A stretch of DNA of 64,000 nt from an uncultured Chthonomonadaceae bacterium (GCA_963817895.1 CAWFQB010000001.1:1056001-1120000); one strand, 5' to 3'; positions 50,223-58,844 are shown, numbered from the stretch's first letter. The notes: generated by a model not told the origin, from the letters alone. Numbers and translations: made by a program.

Positions 50223-51870
50223 ACATAGTATGATCCCTTCTCCAGAGGTTGTACATTTAACAACAGTATTCCGGCGAATACAGAATGGTGAAATTCGTAT
50301 ACCAGCGTTTCAACGAGGATTTGTCTGGGAAGAAGACCAGATTATCAAACTTTTGGAAAGCATTTTTAAAGGCTATCCAATAGGAAGTCTTCTGTTTTGG
50401 AAGGTGGATAAAGCAGGCGATACTGTGTTGAATGTTTTAGATGAGAGTTCTGACTCTGACAACACCCTTGTGCCTTTCCCTCATATTACACTCACATTTC
50501 CAGTAAATTATGTGTTAGATGGTATGCAGCGTCTTTCGTCGTTGTATGGGGTATTCCTTGCTGCTACAACTAACGATAGTTTTAACGTCGTTTTTGATCT
50601 GGAAAAGCGGGAGTTTATTTATGACGATCAGAGAAAGCTTGTAGCACCTCGTTTCTTGAACCTATCAGATTTATTCGCACCACGCCGCTTACTTGATGCG
50701 CAACGTTCTATGACTGAACAAGACAATGGCGAAATTTTGATTGACAGTTCCATCGAACTTCTTTCTTCGTTCCAAGAATATATGCTACCAATTGTAACGA
50801 TCTCGACAGATAATGTAACTGAGGTAGTTGAGATATTTGAAAGAGTGAATAGTACAGGCACAAAGTTGAGCAGAGTGGACTTCATGCGGGCTTTAACGTG
50901 GTCTGACGGCTTTGACCTAAATGTAGCCTTACGAAGTATTAAGGAGGATATCCTTCTTCAAGGATTTGTGTTCCCATATGAAACATTGACCAAAGTAGTC
51001 GCAATTCTGCTCGGCAAGAGTCCAACACCAACTTCAATGCTTGAACTTCGAAGTTTTTCATCCGATGATCTTCACGAAGGTGTTATGAAAGCGAAGATGT
51101 ACCTATCCGATGTAACTGGATTTTTGAGAAACGAGTTTAGTATTTACTCTTCAGATTTCGTACCGTATGAGGGGCAACTTCTCGTTTTGGTTAAATTGTT
51201 TGAACAACTTAGTTACTCATGGATAGATGACGGAACTGCCAAGCAAGTGATTTCTACTGCAAGGGAATGGTTTTGGAACACTAGTTTCAGTGAAACATTG
51301 CGGGGTAAGCCCGACGGATACGTCATTCGAGAAATACAGAGCGCAGTAAATCTTACGAAGGGTGATCTTCGTGCTTTACCTTCAAAGCTGCTGCTTGACG
51401 ATGACACACTGCGTGAACGGCGCTTTACCAAAGGCAAAGCATTGTCGTCAGCTATAGCTGCGCTATTCGCTAGTAACAAAGCACGAAGCTTAGTAACTGG
51501 TGAAGTAATACCACCAGAAAAATATATGACTGATTTCAAAGTGGAAAATTTTGAGGCGATATGTTCCCAAAAGGCAGTCCAAGCATCAACTATTCGCAAA
51601 GTTTCATCTCCAAAAGTATTGGCGAACCTTTGTGTGGTGTTGGATACGGATAGAAAGTCATATAATCCGTTTAATCCACATGCGTTACTCCTATCAGTTT
51701 ATGAACGGTTTGAGCCTGAAACAGCCGACGAAATTCTTCGATCCTTGTTTGTGGACGATCAAACGTTCTATATCCTTAAAGGTGGTGACGAAATAGATTT
51801 TCTGAGACACCGCTCTGCTAATATGCTTATGGCTGCTGGAAGAGTCAATCGAGACACACGCACGTCCTAA
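50212..51870 (+). CDS. DUF262 (ParB-like / GmrS-type) domain protein
   Basis: IPAFQRGFVW, LLESIFKGYPIGSLLFW, VLDGMQRL, IFERVNSTG; overlaps the upstream stop. Confidence 0.88.
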   Translation: MSNKHSMIPSPEVVHLTTVFRRIQNGEIRIPAFQRGFVWEEDQIIKLLESIFKGYPIGSLLFWKVDKAGDTVLNVLDESSDSDNTLVPFPHITLTFPVNYVLDGMQRLSSLYGVFLAATTNDSFNVVFDLEKREFIYDDQRKLVAPRFLNLSDLFAPRRLLDAQRSMTEQDNGEILIDSSIELLSSFQEYMLPIVTISTDNVTEVVEIFERVNSTGTKLSRVDFMRALTWSDGFDLNVALRSIKEDILLQGFVFPYETLTKVVAILLGKSPTPTSMLELRSFSSDDLHEGVMKAKMYLSDVTGFLRNEFSIYSSDFVPYEGQLLVLVKLFEQLSYSWIDDGTAKQVISTAREWFWNTSFSETLRGKPDGYVIREIQSAVNLTKGDLRALPSKLLLDDDTLRERRFTKGKALSSAIAALFASNKARSLVTGEVIPPEKYMTDFKVENFEAICSQKAVQASTIRKVSSPKVLANLCVVLDTDRKSYNPFNPHALLLSVYERFEPETADEILRSLFVDDQTFYILKGGDEIDFLRHRSANMLMAAGRVNRDTRTS

Positions 51871-52023
51871 TGGACAAACCAGATAAAGATTGTACTATGG
51901 CGGGGTTCCGAGTGTTGAAAACACCCGTCTGAGTGGCGTTCCGCCAAGCGTCCTACGGACGCGGGATTGTACAATGTTCAAGTGGTTTGTCCATAAGTTT
52001 ACTATTCTGCGTTTGAATACTGA

Positions 52024-52278
52024 TCAGTTATCCATTTCTTTCAGCAAGTTTTCATACCTTTGTACGAACTCCACTAACCCAACCCCTAGTGCCTGACAGA
52101 CCTCCCGCAATTCAGGGAGGTCTAGTATTCTTTCTCCCGACTCGAACCTGCTGACGAACGACTGCGGTTTGCCGAGACGTTTGGCAAGGTCAACCTGCGT
52201 CAGACCAGCATCACGCCGAACCTGACGAAGTAAAGATTGTAGTAATTCCTGCTGAGGCGTGTAGAGAGACTTTTGCAC
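52024..52278 (-). CDS. XRE-family helix-turn-helix regulator
   Basis: RRDAGLTQVDLAKRLGKPQSFVSRFESGER. Confidence 0.9.
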   Translation of the reverse strand: MQKSLYTPQQELLQSLLRQVRRDAGLTQVDLAKRLGKPQSFVSRFESGERILDLPELREVCQALGVGLVEFVQRYENLLKEMDN

Positions 52279-52374
52279 CCCTCATTGTAGAAACTACGGT
52301 CGCAATATGCAGGAATTAGATATTTTCAGGAGAATACTAGGCATGAGCAGATTGCAACACACAGGAGGGGAATA

Positions 52375-53502
52375 ATGCCGACACTTGGAGAGGTCAAAGA
52401 GCAGATCAAGCGTGCTGATGGAAAAGATACTTTCCTCACTTGGAGAGAAGTACAGGACTTGCCGAATGTCCTAGCTGATGGCGAGACTATCCAGAGGGTA
52501 GCACAAGCAGGGTATAATGGCGTGACAGGTATGCTGTTGGCGACAGATCAGCGCCTTATCTTCATCAAAACGAACCTTCTGAACAAAGCAATGGTCCACT
52601 CTTACCCCTTCTCCAACATTGCTTCTCTCAACAGCAAGCCGGGTTTGCTATTCACTACTTTCAACATCGGCTTGTCTGACGGCGATTCTGTCATAATCCA
52701 GACGATTGCAAATGTCGTGGCACAGCGCATCTGTGACTATGTTCAGCCTCGTATCGGCGTCACAAGTCCGCCACAGACAGTCCAGAGCAGCAATATGACT
52801 TCCGAACTGGAACGATTAGCGAATTTACGGCAGCAGGGACTTTTGGATGAGCAGGAGTTTGCAGATGCCAAACAGCAGATCATAGCGAAACAGCCTAGGT
52901 TTCCACCCGCCGACATACGCTTGCCTAGTCTCCAGACGCCACATCAGCCCGTCTCTCCACAAAACCATACAACACAACCTGCTACGCCTTCACCTACGCC
53001 GCAAAGGACTCTAAAAAAGAGTACGATAAACAATATCTTTACTGCATTAGTGCTTTCTCCCATCTTCTGTTTCGCAGCGTATGTCATGATTTCTGACATG
53101 CGCGGTTCCTCGCAGACCAATATGACAATGAGTAGATCGTCTACGACCGCTACAACAGAAACGCCTGCTCCGGCTCCTGCTGAACCCGTAAAGCCATCGA
53201 AACCTGATCCAAAAGACAGTCCGGCCTTCAAGAAGAAGTTTGCGGCGTTGCTCGATAACCTGCGAGGTATCAGCGGTGTGACCGATGCAAAACAATTTGA
53301 CTGGGATCATTCTATGGGAACAATCAACGTATACGTCCCGGTCGGTACGAGCAAAGATCAGGCACGGGAAATAGCATCCGAGGCGTATCGCGAGTTTGTA
53401 CTGGTGCGGACGCCGTTCTATGGGGAAGATGCTGATAATTGTCAGATCGGAATACGGGATACAGATGAGCGTCTAATTCTTACGCGTAATAACCTGTGGT
53501 AG
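52375..53502 (+). CDS. Bacterial PH-domain + SHOCT + TM membrane protein
   Basis: LLATDQRLIF (bacterial PH-like), ELERLANLRQQGLLDEQEFADAKQQII (SHOCT), one TM helix; GGAGG RBS. Confidence 0.78.
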   Translation: MPTLGEVKEQIKRADGKDTFLTWREVQDLPNVLADGETIQRVAQAGYNGVTGMLLATDQRLIFIKTNLLNKAMVHSYPFSNIASLNSKPGLLFTTFNIGLSDGDSVIIQTIANVVAQRICDYVQPRIGVTSPPQTVQSSNMTSELERLANLRQQGLLDEQEFADAKQQIIAKQPRFPPADIRLPSLQTPHQPVSPQNHTTQPATPSPTPQRTLKKSTINNIFTALVLSPIFCFAAYVMISDMRGSSQTNMTMSRSSTTATTETPAPAPAEPVKPSKPDPKDSPAFKKKFAALLDNLRGISGVTDAKQFDWDHSMGTINVYVPVGTSKDQAREIASEAYREFVLVRTPFYGEDADNCQIGIRDTDERLILTRNNLW

Positions 53503-53523
53503 AGGTAGACTTCTACAATTCAA

Positions 53524-53560
53524 AGGGAGGTTCTAATCCAGCAGGTTAGAACCTCCTTTT
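53524..53560 (+). terminator. Intrinsic terminator
   Basis: GGAGGTTCTAA...TTAGAACCTCC followed by TTTTT. Confidence 0.7.
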
Positions 53561-53575
53561 TCCCGTACACCGCCA

Positions 53576-53899
53576 TTACATAAGGCTCTGGTATCTGCCT
53601 GTTCCGGCGACGGCTTGCAGAACGTCGTTCGCCTGTGCCTGTGAGCGCAAGGCAAGTGTCTGCTTACGGAGTGCCTGCGCTTTCTGCCAGAGTTCTTTCG
53701 TGTTACGGTCTACCCGTAGAATCGCCTCATGTGGGTCTGTAAGTTCGCGTACACGTTGGTACGTAGCTTCGGCTATACGATGCGTTTCCTGTCGAACCTT
53801 CGGAAGTTCCCTCTGTGTCGCGCTATTCAGGCGTTGTGTCTGCGCTTGGAGCGTCGGTAGCAGCGCGTCCAGTTCGGCTTCGATTTCTTCGTAGTTCAT
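53576..53899 (-). CDS. Hypothetical coiled-coil protein
   Basis: ATG with AGGAG RBS; helical composition. Confidence 0.55.
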   Translation of the reverse strand: MNYEEIEAELDALLPTLQAQTQRLNSATQRELPKVRQETHRIAEATYQRVRELTDPHEAILRVDRNTKELWQKAQALRKQTLALRSQAQANDVLQAVAGTGRYQSLM

Positions 53900-54219
53900 C
53901 GTTCGTTCTCCTGTGTCTAGCAATGCGGGTAAATAGGGCAGCAGTGTGTTTAAATTGGTTCTGCCCTGAGTCTGTCACAGAACACGTACAAACGCACATC
54001 TGATGTCATATCAATCACCCCTGTCATATCGCTCTATTTCATGATATACCCCTCCCTCATGATATACCCTTCCACTTTCGCATGATGCCTGAGTGCTTCT
54101 ATTAGACGGCTAATTTTATAAAAGTCGCGGATGATGGAAACTGCCATACAGGAGGGAGACCCTTCCCCCTTATAGCCCCCTCTCTTGGAAATGAGGAGGG
54201 GGAGGTTACGTTTTCGTTC

Positions 54220-54852
54220 TTACTTGCTTACGGATACGCGGAGTACCTTCTGGTCGAGGAGTATCTGCATACCTCTGGCAAACCCATACAGATACGCCTC
54301 TGAAGACGGTTCCGCTTTGCAGTTGTACAGGTCGCCGTTCGTTCCGTACTGTTGATCTGCTGCGAGACGCAGATGATCGCGCATCTTCTGGACAGCCCTA
54401 CAAGCGCGACTCAGAGTAGCGACTGAGCGCTGACTACACGGCACCTTCTGCAATAGCCTGTGTAGTGCCAGAAGACCTTTCAGCAGGCAGAGTGTCTCGG
54501 CGCTTAGGCGCTTGTGGAGGTCACGCGGAATGCCTATCTTGCGTCCAGTAGGAGGTTGCACAAGGATGTCCTCAACGGCATAGGCCCATAAGACGAACTC
54601 TGTTGTCCCGATAGCCTGATCTTGGTAGGGCATTTCCGTGTCCCAGTGTGCCGCTTCGAGGTCACAGTACAGGTTGCTCAGTTGCAGGCTTGTGAGCCGA
54701 CTCTGGCGGATAGGAACCGATACGCCCGACAGGACATTCGTGAGCGATTCTGCAAGGCTGCCCATGCTCTGAGACAGCGCGAGAATCTCTTGTCGCAGGT
54801 GTTTCTTCGGTTTGGTTGTCGTCAGAGATATTTTCTTGAGAGTTGGTGTCAT
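54220..54852 (-). CDS. Hypothetical protein
   Basis: ATG with AGGAG RBS, 210 aa, co-oriented with the primase gene. Confidence 0.55.
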   Translation of the reverse strand: MTPTLKKISLTTTKPKKHLRQEILALSQSMGSLAESLTNVLSGVSVPIRQSRLTSLQLSNLYCDLEAAHWDTEMPYQDQAIGTTEFVLWAYAVEDILVQPPTGRKIGIPRDLHKRLSAETLCLLKGLLALHRLLQKVPCSQRSVATLSRACRAVQKMRDHLRLAADQQYGTNGDLYNCKAEPSSEAYLYGFARGMQILLDQKVLRVSVSK

Positions 54853-54901
54853 GCTCTGCTTGCTCCTATATCGCAATTATTGCGATACATTCCATATGCG
54901 C

Positions 54902-55258
54902 TCACGAGGAAAGGCAGGCCTCATAAGCCTCTGGCGCGTTTGTCTGTCTCGGCATGTCCAAGAGCCTTACCAGACAAATCGCCGCTTGCAGATCAGGTTG
55001 GCGGGTGTATACGCGGACAGTCTCGCCTGTGGTGTCGTCCTGTTGGTCGAGGTACTCTCCTCGCGCCAGATAGATAATCCCATCGAGAATATCAGGCAGA
55101 TGATCGGTGACACGCTTGCGAACACGGAGAGCGACATTCGCGAACCGCTCACGTTTTGGAACTGGGCCAGAATTGAGTGCTGCCCCTGCCCGAATGTGAA
55201 TAGGCCTCGTTTCTCGTGATTCTAGAGTTTGCATAATCGTACCTTTCCTGTGTGTCAT
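54902..55258 (-). CDS. Hypothetical protein, possibly terminase-small-subunit-like
   Basis: LARGEY...VRVYTRQPDLQAAICL recalls the PDxxAA motif of some TerS-like proteins; weak. Confidence 0.4.
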   Translation of the reverse strand: MTHRKGTIMQTLESRETRPIHIRAGAALNSGPVPKRERFANVALRVRKRVTDHLPDILDGIIYLARGEYLDQQDDTTGETVRVYTRQPDLQAAICLVRLLDMPRQTNAPEAYEACLSS

Positions 55259-55430
55259 GGGGTATGTTAGGGTATGTTAGGGCATGTTTCGGCCTCCCCT
55301 TACCCCGGTTTTATAAAATTATAGTTTGTGTTTTCACCTTATGACGGAAGTTGAAACATACCCCCTCTAACGGAGTGTCTCAGTTAATCGCAGGTTTCAA
55401 AGAGTATCGTGCGCCATTTTTCGTTGGATG

Positions 55431-55506
55431 GCGTCTTTAGCGTTTTAAGCGTCCAAAGGTTAGAAGATATAAAACGCTTAAAACGCTAAAGACGCTAGAG
55501 CGCAAT
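55431..55506. repeat. Iteron-like 9-bp repeat cluster (putative origin)
   Basis: 22-bp perfect inverted repeat 55431-55452/55474-55495 built of TAAAACGCT / TAAAGACGC units. Confidence 0.75.
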
Positions 55507-55513
55507 CGGTTTA

Positions 55514-57859
55514 TCATTTTTCCTCTTCCTCTGTATCATCCTCATGGATGATCGTCCAGAACTCGCGAGGCCGTCCGTCCGTCTCCTCCTTTGTGCATGT
55601 TGCTAATCCATTTCGCTGGAGAAGCTCTAATGCTGTTGTCAGACGCGCCGTTGTGATATGCTTTTGGAATACGTCGTCGCGTATGTCCTTTCGACTCATG
55701 CCCTCTGTTGAACGCAGAGCAGATAGGACTTTCTCTGAATCCTTGTTGCCAAGAGAAGTGCCAAAAATGAAGGCAGCCGAGGCGTCGCAGTATTGCCAAA
55801 CGGCGAGAGCCGCCTTGAGATGTGCGGTGCATATCGTTTCCGACTTGTCCAACAGTGCGTAGAGCATAGATAGGCGAAGAACCTGAGCTTCTGCGCGGGA
55901 GGTAACATGACCGAGAACTCCCTCCCGATCTTCTGTGAGTGTCGGGTAAATTTCGCACCATAAAGCTCGTGCGCCCTCATCACGCTTAATCTCACCTGCG
56001 GATGAGGCAAAAGCAATTACTTCATGTAGTACCTGCCGCAGCGAAACAATATCCGACTCTGGAAGGTTTCCACCTTCTGGAAGTAGCTTTGACCGTTCAG
56101 AGCAAATCCAGAGGAAACGGTTGGCGAATCCGTTGAATAGATTGCTGCCTTTATTCAAGCATTGAAGCAACTCCTCTCTCGTGATATGGCCTACGATAGA
56201 GATATGAGCGTCTGTTGCGCAGTCGGGATTTGTCTTGGTAAGGTTTTTCAGGTTGCCACTGTCCCAAGCTTCTCTCAACACGGAAGATAGTTTGTTTGTG
56301 TCGCGTTCCATAACTTGCAACACGCCTGCGAATTCCGTTTCCTTATCGAGTAGGCGCTTATCGCTCACGCCGGGAACCATCACGGCTTCGTATTCCTTCT
56401 TTCGCTTATCGTAAATATGTTCTGTTCGATCATCCCTCACATGGTAAACAAGACCTTCGCCAGATGCCAGACCTCCCTTGATACAGGTCTTTACCCATCC
56501 GGTGCTGCCATCGTCTTCACTGAAAAGAGCGAGTATGAGGTCTAGACCTGTGCCTTTTCTTCCTCGTGAGGACTGCCCGACTGTCGCGCAAAATAGGTTA
56601 GTGTGATGTTTGGTAGCGCCTACCTTGAAGAAGGCCTTTCGGCCTATTCGGTTGCCGAAAGCCACTAGAAACTGCACAAGGAGAGCCGTCGAGTCGGCTT
56701 CTGTATGCGGCGCAAGTGTCTTGAGAACTTTTCCTACCAGACCATAATGCGCTTCTTCTGGTAGTGCCTCAGGCCATATCGAAATCATTTTTCTATTGCG
56801 CTCTAGCGTTTTAAGCGTCTTTAGCGTTTTATCTCCTTCGCCTATTTGCTCCTTTGTTTGACTTTGGACGCTTAAAACGCGGTGAGGAGAGTAGAAATCT
56901 GCTTCTCTTTTCCCCTCGTAAGCTTTGTATATCGTGCCACGCAAATACGTCGTATCTCCTCGTGCTGAATCGTACTTTTCACGGAATAGAGCGGATGCGT
57001 ACATGAGGCGCTCAACCTGCTCGTGTCCATCCTTTCCACAGTAGAAGGCGAGCTTACTGCATAGAGCAAGATCGGCGCGGCTGTCGTCGTCGTCATAGTC
57101 GCTAATGTCGCCGTCGTCGAATAGCCTCTTGAACTTGTCCCCGTTCTTCTCGTTCCTTGCCAATTTAAGCACAGCCATATCGGGGATTAGATCGCGCTCA
57201 CGAGCAGGGAAACTTTCTGAGCTACCGGCAATCAAATCCTCGACGACGCTCTCTCCTGAGAGTTCCTTGTACAGCGTCTGGAATTCATCGGTTCGCTCTT
57301 CAACGGTTGCCGGAGTGCCAGGCCAACGAACGCCCGTTACAGTAAAGTATCGCGCCTGTGTGTACATCTCGACTATGATGCCACCACAACTCCCCTTGCG
57401 CCCTTTGTGGTTTCCTTTAACTTTCACGAAGATGTGCAGGCCTGTACCAGACGGGCTGACTTCGGTGTAAGAGTCAAGCCGATTGACGATTTCCTGTGCT
57501 TTAGGACATATCTTCTGTCCTGTTGCGTCAATGACTTTATCGAGATCGATGCCCACGATATCATTCTCTTCGCTGAAGACGTAACCTATCCCCTCGTAGG
57601 TATGCCGGGACAAAGCTTGCTGCGCCTTCTCGAATGTCGCCCAATCTGACGGTTCCATAGTGGAAACTGCCCCTCCGTGTAGGGCTGAGTAGGGAACCTT
57701 CGTAGTTTTTTCTCCTCGTGTTTCTCGTTGCCACCCTACCCAAGCCTTGTGGTTTTTTAGTTCGTCAGGGACACATTCGTATCCATCTGTTTTAGGCATC
57801 AAAGTTCGCACTTGTCTTTTTACGGTCGAAATTTTAACCATTATCTGCGCCTCTTTCAT
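55514..57859 (-). CDS. Phage/plasmid primase-polymerase fused to a DUF3987-like helicase domain
   Basis: TKVPY, IVGIDLD, YTEVSPSGTGLHIF, EMYTQARYFTVTG (prim-pol); DDSRAD; GQSSRGRKGT Walker A-like; LREAWDSG, GFANRFLW. Confidence 0.85.
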   Translation of the reverse strand: MKEAQIMVKISTVKRQVRTLMPKTDGYECVPDELKNHKAWVGWQRETRGEKTTKVPYSALHGGAVSTMEPSDWATFEKAQQALSRHTYEGIGYVFSEENDIVGIDLDKVIDATGQKICPKAQEIVNRLDSYTEVSPSGTGLHIFVKVKGNHKGRKGSCGGIIVEMYTQARYFTVTGVRWPGTPATVEERTDEFQTLYKELSGESVVEDLIAGSSESFPARERDLIPDMAVLKLARNEKNGDKFKRLFDDGDISDYDDDDSRADLALCSKLAFYCGKDGHEQVERLMYASALFREKYDSARGDTTYLRGTIYKAYEGKREADFYSPHRVLSVQSQTKEQIGEGDKTLKTLKTLERNRKMISIWPEALPEEAHYGLVGKVLKTLAPHTEADSTALLVQFLVAFGNRIGRKAFFKVGATKHHTNLFCATVGQSSRGRKGTGLDLILALFSEDDGSTGWVKTCIKGGLASGEGLVYHVRDDRTEHIYDKRKKEYEAVMVPGVSDKRLLDKETEFAGVLQVMERDTNKLSSVLREAWDSGNLKNLTKTNPDCATDAHISIVGHITREELLQCLNKGSNLFNGFANRFLWICSERSKLLPEGGNLPESDIVSLRQVLHEVIAFASSAGEIKRDEGARALWCEIYPTLTEDREGVLGHVTSRAEAQVLRLSMLYALLDKSETICTAHLKAALAVWQYCDASAAFIFGTSLGNKDSEKVLSALRSTEGMSRKDIRDDVFQKHITTARLTTALELLQRNGLATCTKEETDGRPREFWTIIHEDDTEEEEK
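56795..56880. repeat. Second iteron-like cluster inside the primase gene
   Basis: Inverted near-copy of 55440-55506; encodes KTLKTLKTLER in the interdomain linker. Confidence 0.75.
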
Positions 57860-58046
57860 AAAAGTGAGCGGGACGGGCGCATTCGTCCCGCTCTGTTCTG
57901 GGGATCAACCAGAACACTGTTGTTGCTTTTTCAGAGGAAACCTCTACTGCGCCAGCAACTTGCCCAACGTGTATTTATATCTACTATTAGTATCCCTCCT
58001 TTTCATGGTTTACTCTGATAATCTAACAATAATATATTATTAGATT

Positions 58047-58388
58047 TTAGTTCAGATCAGATTTAGCACCTCTTGGGATGACTATGCTCGGATTGAGTTG
58101 TTGGTACTTGGCAATGTCCATCATGACTTCAGCCAAGACAAATTTCCCCAAAAACTCCATTTGATCCGTCACCGTCAGGAATTGTTCTTGCAGGCGAGTT
58201 CCGTAGGTGGTAATTACGTCGTCGCCGTAGGAACAACTCCGGTTTTCTAACAAGCGATGCAACTCACGCATTGCTTCTGCGTTTTCTCGAAAAATGCTAA
58301 TGGCGCTTCGCATGTGCTTACTGATGTTCTCCAGCATTTCCACCTTGTTGCTATTCACCAGCACTTCCATCTTGTTCTCTTGAGACAT
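58047..58388 (-). CDS. Hypothetical protein
   Basis: 113-aa ORF with GGAG RBS, upstream of the primase gene. Confidence 0.6.
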   Translation of the reverse strand: MSQENKMEVLVNSNKVEMLENISKHMRSAISIFRENAEAMRELHRLLENRSCSYGDDVITTYGTRLQEQFLTVTDQMEFLGKFVLAEVMMDIAKYQQLNPSIVIPRGAKSDLN

Positions 58389-58578
58389 GGTTTTCTCCGA
58401 TCTCTTCTGAGTCGAATCGAGCCAGTTATGGCTCAGAAATCATAACAACCTTTTTATATTAAAATTGGGGCCATAAACGCAAAAAGGCCGAGACGATTCA
58501 CAATTAATGAATCGTCCCGACCATGATTTTCAGTTGTTCTGTAAAGGCTAAATTTTAATATAAAAAGGTTGCAAGATT

Positions 58579-58607
58579 ATTGTACAGTAGCCATAGGAGT
58601 TTGTCAA
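58579..58607 (-). promoter_or_regulatory. sigma70 promoter of the element's replication operon
   Basis: TTGACA-17 nt-TACAAT on the minus strand. Confidence 0.7.
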
Positions 58608-58772
58608 GCAAAGTTTTGAAAATCGGAAGAAACAGATGGAACAGCGGTTGAGAGGACGCCCAAGACAGCGCTTCGTATGGCATAATAAAGGACGTAGGCA
58701 GCGCTTCGTTCGCGCAGTTCTACGCCCTTTAGGAAGATAGACAGACACAGATTTGTGAGGAAGAATCGGAGA

Positions 58773-58844
58773 TGGGCAGTACAAGATTCGAACTTGTGAC
58801 CTCTTCGGTGTGAACGAAGCGCTCTACCACTGAGCCAACCGCCC
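58773..58844 (-). tRNA. tRNA-Val (anticodon CAC), CCA not encoded
   Basis: Full cloverleaf GGGCGGT-TG-GCTC-AGTGGTA-GAGC-G-CTTCG-TTCACAC-CGAAG-AGGTC-ACAAG-TTCGAAT-CTTGT-ACTGCCC-A. Confidence 0.97.

Larger units (their letters stand above)
47621..58844. mobile_element. tRNA-Val-integrated phage-satellite-like / integrative element (~11.2 kb)
   Basis: Direct tRNA repeats at both ends, adjacent tyrosine integrase, primase-helicase gene, XRE regulator, AT-rich cargo; no capsid or tail genes recognised. Confidence 0.9.

Noticed and set aside
47621..58844. Complete prophage or conjugative ICE
   Set aside because: No capsid, portal, large terminase, tail, relaxase or T4SS genes recognised
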